From contig QPGO01000047.1 of the NCBI GenBank assembly GCA_008632985.1, positions 484,212 through 536,513 of the forward strand: a DNA stretch of 52,302 nt, given 5' to 3'. Under the pieces are notes generated by a model. It was given only the letters and a program-made list of their open reading frames with translations. It did no database searches and was not told the origin of the DNA. Both the position numbers and the translations under genes were made by a program. Below, in pieces: positions 34,446-45,223 of the stretch; positions within the stretch are counted from its first letter, which is position 1, and every line of letters starts with the position of its first letter. Source of the DNA: Psammoneis japonica. Lineage: Eukaryota.

Positions 34446-36199
34446 GGTGAGATTGGATCAGAGTTGCTATCCGTCGTTAGCTTGAGGTCATGAGCTTCCA
34501 ATAGTTTGCAAAAGTTCCCTTCGGATAGGGACATGCCAAACCACAAGGCATCGTAGCAATTGAGGTTCAATTGTTTCGATACCGCCATGACGCCGTTGTC
34601 ATTGCTGGTTTGAGCAATGAAGTATCCTTTGGGCAGGGCAAGGCGGCGACCCTTGTTGAAGGACTCCTCTTTGTACTTGTCAGAGTCTTGCTTACTACAA
34701 CTCATCAGGAATGACTGGAGTATCTTGTGTTGATTCTGTACGTTTTCCGCCGAGACGATTCCTGACGCCAACAATAATTCCAAAAACGTTCGATACGCCT
34801 TGATGGAACTAAAACGATGTTGTTGCGACTTCTCTTCGGCAAAAGCGACAAAGAACGATGACGTGATGATGATGCGATGTTTAGTCGATCGAGAACGGAC
34901 AAGACTCAGTGCACGGTCGGGCAAGATGTCAATACTCCCGTCCATGTCGACTGTCTCTTGGAACCAGTTACCATGCTCTTTCTCCAAAGCGTCAACAGTA
35001 TTCCGCTCAATAACAATGACATTGTTGGTCGGCATTGACTTCAGAAGCCGTTGCAGGACGTCACGTGCACCTTTTGCAAGTGATTCCGTAGTGGGAGGCA
35101 CGTAATGACTCTTGTTTGCCCCCTGTAACTTCATCATGACGTTTCTAATGACCTGTTTGTTTTCATTTGTCATGGGCTTGGCCAAAGACTTTTCTAACTC
35201 GACAATTACTTCTTGCAATTGGAGCTCGCGCGGACTCGTCTTGATGGAGTCTTCGAAACCGCCGTAGTAATGTTCCCCAACAGACTCCATGGCTCGATTG
35301 TTCTTTACGAAGCCCCCCTTGGGTGGTACTGGCGAGAGCATGCGCTGAAGGAACTCGTTGGTCACGGCCATTTCTTGTAATCGGTACGGAAGTGTTGGCC
35401 AAGAAAACTGAAAGAATATCCCATTTGGTGGAACGAGCGTATCAATCATGAATGCCTTGGCATCGTCGTCGATAGGAGTCGGTGCGAGGGTATCCAGGAC
35501 TTTTGACGATGGCAAAGCGACAAGCCTCTCTCCGACGGGGCCCCATTCGCATTCGAATAGTGATGACGCTACTGCTTCCGCCACCTGCATCATGATGAGG
35601 TCGTCAATCTCCTGTTGATGATCTGGATGCACGGCAAGGCCATCCAGTTCCAGAGCTTTGATATCGGTAAGAAGTTGCTTGGGAAGGAGCTCGTAAATCC
35701 GTTCTTGATCTAAAAGGCGTGCGGCGAATTGAATGTTTGTTTGTTGTTCGATGCGCGTGCGGCAATGGAATGACATTCCAATCTTGATTTTCCCATCGGC
35801 TCGGACAATTATGTAGATGCCCATCTCATCATCTGACAAGGTTACTGGCTGCCACCATTTCTCATGAAGCTTTCCCTTGTTGTTCTCGTATTCTTGTAGG
35901 ATGTGTTGTGTCAAGAGTTGCTTGAGTCGCTCGATTTTGTCAGTCGTGACAAGTGTCGATCCATCGCTACCTACGGCAACACGGGCCGCAAGTTGAAGTC
36001 GCTTTGACAGATTTTCAATGGCATCGTTCGGCTCCTCAACGGCCTTGGGAGTCTTGAGAGAGCATGGATTGCCTTCCCATTCGATCACTGGTTTCTTCTT
36101 TACCATCTTGAAGTTGGCAACAGCGGCGAGAGTGCACGGCGCAATGAAGGTACGGTGCAGAGCGTACGGTACGGAGCGTGCAGTATTGTCAATCTGCAT
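34376..36199 (-). CDS. Element protein with GIY-YIG/T5orf172-like nuclease motif
   Basis: 607-aa ORF; 'GIYIIVRADGKIKIGMSFHCRTRIEQQ' fits the GIY-x-(Y/K)IG-x-S...R pattern. Confidence 0.6.
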   Translation of the reverse strand: MQIDNTARSVPYALHRTFIAPCTLAAVANFKMVKKKPVIEWEGNPCSLKTPKAVEEPNDAIENLSKRLQLAARVAVGSDGSTLVTTDKIERLKQLLTQHILQEYENNKGKLHEKWWQPVTLSDDEMGIYIIVRADGKIKIGMSFHCRTRIEQQTNIQFAARLLDQERIYELLPKQLLTDIKALELDGLAVHPDHQQEIDDLIMMQVAEAVASSLFECEWGPVGERLVALPSSKVLDTLAPTPIDDDAKAFMIDTLVPPNGIFFQFSWPTLPYRLQEMAVTNEFLQRMLSPVPPKGGFVKNNRAMESVGEHYYGGFEDSIKTSPRELQLQEVIVELEKSLAKPMTNENKQVIRNVMMKLQGANKSHYVPPTTESLAKGARDVLQRLLKSMPTNNVIVIERNTVDALEKEHGNWFQETVDMDGSIDILPDRALSLVRSRSTKHRIIITSSFFVAFAEEKSQQHRFSSIKAYRTFLELLLASGIVSAENVQNQHKILQSFLMSCSKQDSDKYKEESFNKGRRLALPKGYFIAQTSNDNGVMAVSKQLNLNCYDALWFGMSLSEGNFCKLLEAHDLKLTTDSNSDPISPWSLRWSCPGPPPLLTFPRKTAL

Positions 36200-38553
36200 C
36201 GATGCGAAGAACTCGACAAAGCAGTTAGACGAAATATGACAACAATGATCGGTACATGTAGCGTCATGGTGCTTTGCTTACCTTTTTATGATTGTGGTGA
36301 TGGCCGCGGCAAACAAAAAGTTACGAGCCAAAAGTAAAGGAGCAACAGCCGTCTGAAACTTGGTGTACGGAGTCGTAACGGCTCTCCACAAAAGAGAGTA
36401 ACGAGTCGATTCAACCTGCGGAAAGCAGATAGAAGCACGGCATGGTTGTTAGTGATGTTCCACGAGAAGTCACGGTACGACGATTACGGCATGGTCGGCT
36501 TTCCTGTCAATGTGGTTTGCTGTGGCGGACGCCAATGTGCACGGGCAAATGGCGACAGCGATAATAGGAATGGAGACAAGAGAAAGAAGCATGATGATAT
36601 TGATTTTGTACGGCAGCAAGCACGTGATGGAAGTACGCATCAATCAAGATCGAACTGTGCAACGAACCAAAAACGCAACAAGAACGGTAAGCGACGACGC
36701 TACAACATACGATGTGTGTTGCGATACACGTCAACAGCATGTCTCTTGAGTGGCGAACGGACGAGCGTCATCGTTGATGCGTCATGGTGCTTTGCATTGC
36801 TTACTTCGTACCTCGTTGATTGATTGTGGCGAGTGTGCGAAAAAAATGCCAGAACGGTGACCGCGCTGAGGTGCGCCAGCCGTAGATTTCTACACAACCG
36901 TACTAAAAAAATTTTCCCGCCAAAGGAGGGATGCTGGGATGAGGCCCAACGGTCCAAAACCCCCATTTTTTACCAAAATGAGTTTCTACTAGCTAGCCGA
37001 CTACTCTAACATCATACTATGTAATACTGGAATCCCGGCTATGGGTTGGACATTCGACGAGTGAATCTTTGAGTATTTATAGGCTGCAATTTTCCGAGCC
37101 AGTGAGGAGCTCTTGACTAAGGAACGGCACTGTTGAAACGATTGGTAGAAAATCTAACTATATTTCACCGTGCGCGTTGTTGTGTATAGTTGTGTGCTGG
37201 AATTGCAGTTTGGACTCGCCATTGCACACCTGCTGCCAGAGCACTCAACTTCTATCTCGGTACCTCATCCGGTTGACGGACTGACGCTCGCCCGGTGCGA
37301 ACTCCGCCGTTAAAGTATATAAATTTATTCATTTTGAATATGTATTTCTAAAGCAAGAGACCGGACACGAGACTTCCAGTCTCCTCATTTTTTCAAGGGT
37401 TCGCGCATCATTCATAAAGGCACCACACACCATGATAATCGGAGCGGCTTATTAGACTATTGACGATCCTTTCAACAATACCAACGCTATCTACTAGTCT
37501 TTACCTTCATCTATAAACAGCTTATGTTGCTTTTTCGAAGGTAAGCAGCCAATAGTAAGGTGAAAAAAGGATTTTGTATTGACACCACGTTTAGACTCAT
37601 TATCGCTTTCTGTCGCAATCGAATTATATTGCGGTTTTTGTTTCGGCATCTCACTCATTTTCTTTGACATGTTCGTCTTTATAACTCATATAGAGAAGAT
37701 CTTGAGCAATGTATCACCCCTACGGACGAACAATGGCTCATAGTTTCTTGTCGGTGTCGACACCATTTTTTCTTTTCAACTCATGTTCTTCCTTATATCG
37801 GAATGGGACTGTGGTGTGTCCTACGCTCTCTTTTGGCCTGAGCCAAGAAAGATACAGTTGATACTATCACGAATAATGACAATTATAATGTGCAATGGGT
37901 TGGATATTGACGTCCATGACCTTGCCGAGTGCCGGTTAGTAGTACTCCCTCGTTCAGGGACCGAAAACTGGGGTAAATCTTGGTGGCGTGGAGACTCTGC
38001 TATTGGAATGCGAGCGAGCGGGCTGGAATCTCGTGCAGTTTACTTCTGAAGGATGTGTACAATAAGGTATGTTTACATTTAAAGCAGTATTGATGCATCA
38101 TGCATACAGTACTGGTATAAGGATTTACAAACTGACAATTTCATTCTCCGTCTCCATTTTTCCCATGTAGGCGGTGTCTTAATTTTGTTTCTTGCGGCCT
38201 TTCGGATCTACAAAGGAGGACGGGAACGACTTGTACCTTATCAATCTAGGGTTGTCGTCATTAGGTCCATAATTTGTGGTGACGAGGTGTCTGTTAGTTG
38301 CAGGAACTAAGACGCACCTCACGGAGTGCCGGTACCCCAAGACGCACCTCAAGACGACGCACCACCATGTGTGCATTATTTTATGTTTCTTGTTGCCTTT
38401 CAATCTGCAAAGGAGGTCTGAGACACGACCTGAATAATTTTGGATCGTTGTTGGGAACGACTTGTACCTTACCAATCTAGGGTTGTCGTCAGAAGACCGT
38501 ATACTTTGTGGTGACGAGGTGTCAACGAGTTTTGCAAACTTAAGACATACAGT

Positions 38554-38901
38554 ACAGTGCCTCAAGAAATACAGTACCTCAAGACACCATCACGGAACAC
38601 GGTACATTATACCTCAAGTTCGTCTCATTTCTTGTCAAGTGGTGCATGACTGTCCTCTCTGTACTGCAGTAAGGTTGCGGTGTGCGCTGGATGAGTTGAG
38701 ACAGTGCCTCAAGAAATACAGTACCTCAAGACACCATCACGGAACACAGTACATTATACCTCAAGTTCGTCTCATTTCTTGTCAAGTGGTGCATGACTGT
38801 CCTCTCTGTACTGCAGTAAGGTTGCGGTGTGCGCTGGATGAGTTGAGACAGTGCCTCAAGAAATACAGTACCTCAAGACACCAGCACGGAACACGGTACA
38901 T
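38554..38901. repeat. 147-bp tandem repeat, ~2.4 near-identical copies
   Basis: ACAGTGCCTCAAGAAATACAGTACC starts at 38554, 38701 and 38848. Confidence 0.92.
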
Positions 38902-39069
38902 CATGTACGGTATCCATGCACATGATCGGCATACTTTCTTATAGGCTTGAGTGCCTTTTCAAGTGGAAGTCTTTACTGTAAGTAACCCAAACCCCATCAA
39001 ATGGATAGGGCAATCTGGAGCAGAGAGCGCTTTAGAGAAACCAACTGAGAGTGATCAAACAGAACGTGT

Positions 39070-39798
39070 TTATAAGTTACTTGTGACCTCGACGCTTGAC
39101 TTTTTGACTTGAGCTCTGAGATTCTGTCGGAATGCAACGTCTGACGAGCCTTTTGCATAATGCCCTGTGTTGTCCTCTTTGTACTTGTCTGTAACAGCCC
39201 CGAATCTTGCGTGAGCTGTCTTCGAAATAAGCTGCTTGTATACTTTGAGCTTGTCGTCCGTCGTAATTGAGTTGTCACTCTCGAAGCACTTGAGAAAAGC
39301 TTTCTCCAAATCCTTGTTCCCCATTATACTCTCATATGCTTCCTTGACACATTCTTTTCCCTTGCTTCTCATAGTTCCTCCGTTGCACCCCAATCGGATA
39401 CAACCCAACAACCTCTTCCCGAAGTGGAATACTATCGGTGCCACCAAGGTAAGTCCGCCTCTGTTTCGAATCTTGTCAGAAGTAGCGTAGCAGTTAGCCA
39501 TGTAGTTCTCATCTTTGAGTGCCTCGTGGTGCAAAATTCTCATCCGTTTCAGGAAATCGATTTTGGCTTGGGTCTTGTCGCTAACTTCCTCCGAGAGTTC
39601 GTCATTGTTCAGATGAATCGTCTTTTGCAGTACGTCTTTAATTGCCCAGCCAAAGATTCGATTGACTTCGGAATTCGCATCATCTACCGACACATCAATG
39701 CCAGTAGACTTCCTCTTGCGTGTTGATGCACCCCCCGCCTTCTTGACAAGCTCATGATGAACTTTGTCCATAGCCGAAAGGACCCAACCAACAAACAT
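39070..39798 (-). CDS. Hypothetical element protein (fragment) with NRGGL motif
   Basis: 242-aa ORF with protein-like composition. 'IFGWAI...NRGGLTLV...KTAHARF...FRQNLR' recalls RGGL-containing C-terminal regions of transposon-associated proteins. Confidence 0.5.
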   Translation of the reverse strand: MFVGWVLSAMDKVHHELVKKAGGASTRKRKSTGIDVSVDDANSEVNRIFGWAIKDVLQKTIHLNNDELSEEVSDKTQAKIDFLKRMRILHHEALKDENYMANCYATSDKIRNRGGLTLVAPIVFHFGKRLLGCIRLGCNGGTMRSKGKECVKEAYESIMGNKDLEKAFLKCFESDNSITTDDKLKVYKQLISKTAHARFGAVTDKYKEDNTGHYAKGSSDVAFRQNLRAQVKKSSVEVTSNL

Positions 39799-40161
39799 CT
39801 CACCTATCGTCGATTCGAGCGTGAATGGTCTTGGTAACCAACTCCTTCAGTATTGAGGCAGTCTTCTTCTCATTTACTTCTCCGGTGAGTCTATGAAACA
39901 TCTCAGTCCATGAGATCATCTCAAAGTACCTACTGTATATTCAGCATATATTGTATCAATTATTCCTCGTCTCTTTTCTCTCGTTCTGCCTGCAGCACGA
40001 CGTACTGCACTGTTCCTAAATCATGAGTTTACACAACCTACAGTAAACTTATTCTTGGTATCTCGTACATCGGTACAAACAACAGCGAAAGCAAAAGTCC
40101 ACCGTACGCCAAGTACTTGCCGCACCACTCTGTTTCTCCCGGTCGACATCATCATCTACCT

Positions 40162-40875
40162 CTACCAGGCAAAGTCTTCAAATTCAGAGTCTTCATCATC
40201 TGAGTCTGCTTCCAGGTCATGGTCGTCTGAGTCTGAGTCTGCTTCCAGGTCGTGGTCATCTGAATGCACGGTGTGCAACGAAGCGTCATCCGAAGCGTCG
40301 TCCGAGTATGTGTCTGCCAACTCATTGGAGTCAGCGGCTGCCTCCTCATCAATCCACTGACCGTAAAATATTGGTTTCCCACGACTTCGAGGACCTAATG
40401 CATTGTTATCAGTCGTAGGAGGGCTTGCCATTTCAACGGCCTCTTCCTCGGCGTCGCTCTCTGCAGGTTCGACGGTATCAACTGAAGCAGTACTGGTACC
40501 GGTAGGATTCGCCAAGCGTGATGCTTTGCTCTCACTGGGAGCCCATGTAATAACCTCTTCCTCGGGTTTCTCGCTCTTTGTAGGTTTGACAGTATCAACG
40601 GAAGATGCACCGGTAGGCTTCGTCAAGACTGATTCTGGCGGATCCTTCCTACTAGTAGGAACAGTAACCATCGTCGCGATCGATTTTGGGTACCGGTATT
40701 CCTTTCTAGACGTATCGGCCACCTTCTTTTTCTTTGGAGGATCCTTCCTACCGGCAGATGCTACCGATACCGCAGCCTTCCTCTTGGTTGATTTCCCACC
40801 GGCAGGCGCCACCAATACTGCAGCCTTCCTCTTGGTTGATTATTCGGGAGGATCCTTCCTAGTAGAAACGGGAGG
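40162..40875 (-). pseudogene. 5'-truncated paralog of the 32826-34445 ORF
   Basis: Same 'RKAAVSVASA...RKDPP...GPRSRGKP.FYGQWID...DFAW*' sequence. The frame is preserved across indels. Confidence 0.75.
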
Positions 40876-41161
40876 CCGCGAACGCACTGTTACGTTTGAC
40901 ACAGAAGTGAACGATGATGATGCGCAATTAGAGGAGTCAACCACTCACCCCATGGAGCGAAAACGTAGTGGACGAAAAAAGCGACTGACGAGCCTGACAT
41001 GGTGGAGCCATAAGCTTCTTCCTCAGGGACTTGATGAGGCTGATTCGAAGAAGAAAAGAAAGCTGAAAAAGTTGAGGACAGTGGACTACGCAGCCGCCAT
41101 CATTTTCTTTGTCACTTATTCCATATTCCTCGTTGTCATGTTTATACTGGCCCATACATAA
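40876..41161 (+). pseudogene. Orphan 3' end of a membrane protein gene, possibly the M4 helix of a pentameric ligand-gated ion channel
   Basis: Charged loop, then 'LRTVDYAAAIIFFVTYSIFLVVMFILAHT*'. The 5' part is replaced by element 2 sequence. Confidence 0.4.
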
Positions 41162-41282
41162 ACAATAACACGCCCTCGCGATCTACCATACTAATCGTTA
41201 AAACATACTTTGTAAGATGGCCCGCATAGTCACCGGGCAACTGAATTATAGTAATGCGTTTGTTCCGCTCTCTCGGTGGCAT

Positions 41283-41891
41283 CTAGAGTTCCCCACATTG
41301 CACAATCCGAATAGGTATTCGTGGCCTATTGTTTTGCCCCGATACAGGAACTGCTTCACATTTGCGTACGGTCAACATGCTCGGTCCGTCTAACACCCTT
41401 CCAAACACAACATGCTTGCCATCAAGCCAACTGGTTTTAGCTGTTGTGATAAAAAATTGGCAGCCATTTGTATTTGGCCCGCTGTTCGCCATGGAAAGGG
41501 TACCGGGTTGATCATGATGGTGAATGAAATTCTCGTCTTCAAACGATGATCCACCATTGTATATGCTTGTCTTTCCTGTGCCGTCGTGGTTGATAAAGTC
41601 GCCGCCTTGTAACATGAAGTCTTTGATTACACGGTGAAAGGTTGAATTCAAATAACCGGTAGGCTGAGAGTTCTGTAGGTATTCGCCGGTGCAGAATTGT
41701 CGGAAATTTTCGCAAGTCTTGGGGCACTCTTTGACAAAGAGCTCTAGTTTGATGCGACCCAACTCCGCTGTAGAATCTTTCCCCTCCCCAAGAACCACAT
41801 CGAGAAATACAACGGCATTACCGCGCTCAATCGCTTCCATCACGGCGGGATCCGGTCCGTGAGTTGTGGTGGTTGTCGTCTCCGTTGCCAT
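41283..41891 (-). CDS. PPIH: Cyclophilin-type peptidyl-prolyl isomerase, PPIH-like (spliceosomal cyclophilin H)
   Basis: '[14 protein letters not shown]', '[15 protein letters not shown]', '[16 protein letters not shown]', '[10 protein letters not shown]', ending 'QCGEL'. An alternative ATG is at 41909. Confidence 0.9.
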   Translation of the reverse strand: MATETTTTTTHGPDPAVMEAIERGNAVVFLDVVLGEGKDSTAELGRIKLELFVKECPKTCENFRQFCTGEYLQNSQPTGYLNSTFHRVIKDFMLQGGDFINHDGTGKTSIYNGGSSFEDENFIHHHDQPGTLSMANSGPNTNGCQFFITTAKTSWLDGKHVVFGRVLDGPSMLTVRKCEAVPVSGQNNRPRIPIRIVQCGEL

Positions 41892-42813
41892 GGTGGACGG
41901 ACGGTGCATTTTGCGTCGTTCGTCGTTCGCGATGACATGAAAGATTCGATTCGCGCAACCGCGCAGATACGTCCGTCCATGGCACGATTTTTAATTTTTC
42001 GTTTTTGGGTTGATTTTTTGCGATTTCGACTTCCGACCATCGACCTCTCCAAGACCTCTCTCACACTCCAACTCCTCTCGCCCATCGACCATATAGGCAC
42101 ATCTTTCAATATTTGGATGCAACCACAGCTTACCTGATGCGAATAAGTCCCTAACAATGAGTTTGTTGAAGCTGACTCAGTCATCTCGTTTCGTCGTTTT
42201 GTTCTTTGCGGGCTGCTTCTGTGCAAACAAAAATGAGGCGGTAACAGGTTGTCAAACTAATGAGAAAAGCAGCTTTGTTCATCCATTTTATCAACCAAGA
42301 GTTCAATGTCTCAATGCTATCGGTGTAAGACTGCAATCCTGGGCCGTCTAGAGCAATTGTGGTCACTACCTGTCATGGCTGTGCATTCGAAATGTGTCCG
42401 TCACTGTCGCCGACCTTTTATTGCCCGAAATGAGTTGGATCCTGCCGACTTAGCTGTGGACAAGAATATCTACCATAAGCTTTTGCGGGGGTCGATACGC
42501 AAACGCATTAGATGCGAATCACTCCTTGCCGTGAATGTCTTCTGTTATTGCCTTCGATGGCAACCACTGCTCGAGATTACTCAACAGTACTATTCAAGAA
42601 GAGGACGTGTTGCATTGTCGCTGACTGGTCCGTCGTTGGAACGTGCTTCCGATACTTGGCTGCGATGACATCCCTGATTTGTGAGCTTGGCAATTTCACC
42701 ACTTTCCTCGTCAAGCAATGGCCATGTCATTTCATTCTGGAAAAGGATCCTATCGTAGAAGGCCGCGGTGCCCGGTTGCGATCTAACTGCTGATGCTGTG
42801 ATACTATGCGAGA

Positions 42814-43644
42814 TTGCCGTACACTAGTTTTCGAAGGAACACAGACTTTTCTCGCTACCACAGAGTCACCATGACGATTTGTTTGGAAGAATTCGAGGGA
42901 CTGGTCAAGGTCTATGAACCTCTCCTGGTGGATTGCCCGCCCTTGAACCAGCGAGTTGTTGTCGAATTTGCCTTTCGAACGCCCAATCGAGGTGCTGAAG
43001 GTCGGACTCGAGTTGCCTTTTCCCGAGCGGTATCTTCTACAAACGGTAGCGCCACGGGTCTTGCCATGAAACGTCATGGCATCTTTTGGGAAGGCGACTG
43101 CGGCGTGGAATGGTTCTGGTCCGACTCGCCTGACGATATTCTGAATCCTGCGATTGTCAACAATTCAGGATGTGCCCCCTTGTACGAATCTCCTGATAAG
43201 CTATGCATCGGTCAAACGCACAACAACAACATTGGAACAATCTATAGGGATGTCTTGGGTGTTTGGAATACCGGCGGTTGCCAAGGCCAGCTCTTGTTTG
43301 AAGCATCGCTGCGTAATTCACCTTTTGGAAATTATGGGACTGGTGACTGCGTACAGCCATTGAAGCAAGTGTGTGCGGGGACTGCAATTAGCAATGTGAC
43401 ACATAACATCACCGCCTCGTCCAGTGCCCCGACTATTCTCTTGCCAACGGCGAGTCCAACCACCAACGTGTCTCTTTCGGCAGCGCGGTCTGTTGCGCTT
43501 CGTCCAAGTGATGCACCATCTACCCCACCTTTCCCTCGACTTTTCCGGTCATACCAAGTGCTGCATCTAGATGGGATGGCGTACGGTACCCCGCATTTTT
43601 ATGGCTCGTTTATGCCTCTTGGATTTCGTTTTGGTAGCCGCTAA
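42814..43644 (+). CDS. Hypothetical Cys-containing extracellular protein with Pro/Thr/Ser stalk (partial model)
   Basis: 276-codon frame with 'APTILLPTASPT...PSDAPS'. A possible signal-peptide exon starts at 42157; exon structure is unresolved. Confidence 0.45.
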   Translation: MPYTSFRRNTDFSRYHRVTMTICLEEFEGLVKVYEPLLVDCPPLNQRVVVEFAFRTPNRGAEGRTRVAFSRAVSSTNGSATGLAMKRHGIFWEGDCGVEWFWSDSPDDILNPAIVNNSGCAPLYESPDKLCIGQTHNNNIGTIYRDVLGVWNTGGCQGQLLFEASLRNSPFGNYGTGDCVQPLKQVCAGTAISNVTHNITASSSAPTILLPTASPTTNVSLSAARSVALRPSDAPSTPPFPRLFRSYQVLHLDGMAYGTPHFYGSFMPLGFRFGSR

Positions 43645-44607
43645 CAGATGTTTTGTGGGCGTGAAGCACGCATAGTAGCGGTAGCCAAAGAGCACTGTTC
43701 TCTTGAAGCACCATTTCGGACTAGAGGGGTAAAACAAGTGGAAACAAGATCAAAAGAAAGCTACTTTCACCGTCCGCGTTTGACCTCGTCTGGCTGGTCC
43801 AATCGTTTCCATCAAGACCGAATGAAAACGAGAATTCTCCTATCGCCGCTCTAGACTCGCCAACCTCGACACCGGTCAGAAACCGTGACTTGACTGCTTG
43901 AAGCCTGGTGCTATTCGACCGAGACACCTGTGGTTCAATTTCATTTCATAGTCAAAAGCTTTCTCGCATTGGTGCACTTGGACTTTCGATCTACATACAA
44001 TAATATTTCTGTCTTAGTTGACTGATTCTCCTTTGATTCTTGACTTTTAAAAATATAATATGTTGGTGTTCCTCCGACGCTAGTGTTTCACATGTGGTGC
44101 TTGGGAGCAGAACCGGATTCTTTAGGTCTATCATAGGGCCATAGTACGTAAAGGGGGAGACTACAGAGACGACGGCTACTAGCTAGGGCCCTACTGTGTA
44201 GAGGACATTGCTCGCGTTTCCCTCATGAAGATTCTTCAGGCTTTGGATATGTACCTAGAGGGGGGCATTACGAGAATTCTACGTAAATCTTGTACAAAAA
44301 GTTCGTAGAAAAACTAACTCATGCCCTTTCGGAGCTGAAGTACTGGAATCTATCATAAGTGGGCTTCAGGAAGGTCAATCCAGAAAAATGGGGCACCCCC
44401 CTTCCCCATATCCAAACCCAACAAGGATACGCATACTCACGTGTGGATTTTCAATCTTCTCAGGCATCTGGCGGGCATCACAATGGAGCCAGAAGATTCC
44501 AGTACAAATTCTCCTAGCCTACTTTACACAATGGTGTTTGCACTTATCCGTCGCCCCCACCCTCGCATGATTGGTCAGGATGCAGTGGAGGAGGAGGAGG
44601 AAACAGA

Positions 44608-45223
44608 ATGGAAGAGGAGGTGGTGCCAGATCGAGAAAGGGAGGAGCGCAGGGGATTTCTCGGTCGTCATCGTGAAGTACCGCCAGTTTTCTGGCAAAAA
44701 GTCGCGTCCTGGGCCGCTTATGGCGTCCTTGTCGTGGTGGTGGTTTTCGTGTGCGTGATGGTGCTGGCTTCGCCAACCATGGAATTCGGATTGGACCCTT
44801 CAGAAGCGTACGGGATTCTCGATGCCGGTGGGAACTTCACCGACGGAGCCGGAGAGCCGGTCCACCCTTTAAAAATCATCCAAACGAACGGATATGAGTG
44901 GGTGCGATTGCGCATCATGGTGGACCCCAATGGAGAATACGGACTCTTCCAAGATTTGAGTTATGTGTTGCGGATGGCACGTGACGCGAAGAAGATATAC
45001 GGCCTCAAGTCTCAAGTTCTTACTGGACTTTCACTACTCTCACTGGTGGTCGATGGGAAGAATCAGTGGTCTCCCGATCGATGGAGGACGGCCTACCACG
45101 GTAACGAAACCATCTCCATGGACGACCTCGTTCCAAAGGTGTACCAGTACACCCGCCGCGTTCTGGACGTTCTGGACCAAGAGAAGGCGCTGCCAGATGC
45201 CGGTACAGATTGGAAATGAGATA
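44608..45223 (+). CDS. GH53 arabinogalactan endo-beta-1,4-galactanase, frameshifted and truncated by the gap
   Basis: 'NGYEWVRLRIMVDP', 'FLLDFHYSHWW', 'LPD' and 'VQIGNEI' (acid/base NE motif) are split over two frames. N-terminal hydrophobic segment. Confidence 0.85.

Larger units (their letters stand above)
31150..37033 (-). mobile_element. Unclassified element 1 abutting the broken tRNA-Lys
   Basis: Begins CCCGGCTATGGGTTGGACATTCG, which recurs at 37034. Internal degenerate repeats (31790-32400) and two large minus-strand ORFs. The right boundary is inferred. Confidence 0.55.
37034..40875 (-). mobile_element. Unclassified element 2, related to element 1, truncated at 40875
   Basis: Same ~80-bp terminus as 31150. 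39911-40875 is homologous to 32437-33518. Homology stops abruptly after GAAACGGGAGG. Confidence 0.55.

Noticed and set aside
31150..37115. Treating the two CCCGGCTATGGG repeats as LTRs of one retroelement
   Set aside because: Similarity lasts only ~80 bp, there are no TG...CA ends and no RT, and downstream paralogy indicates two related elements in tandem.
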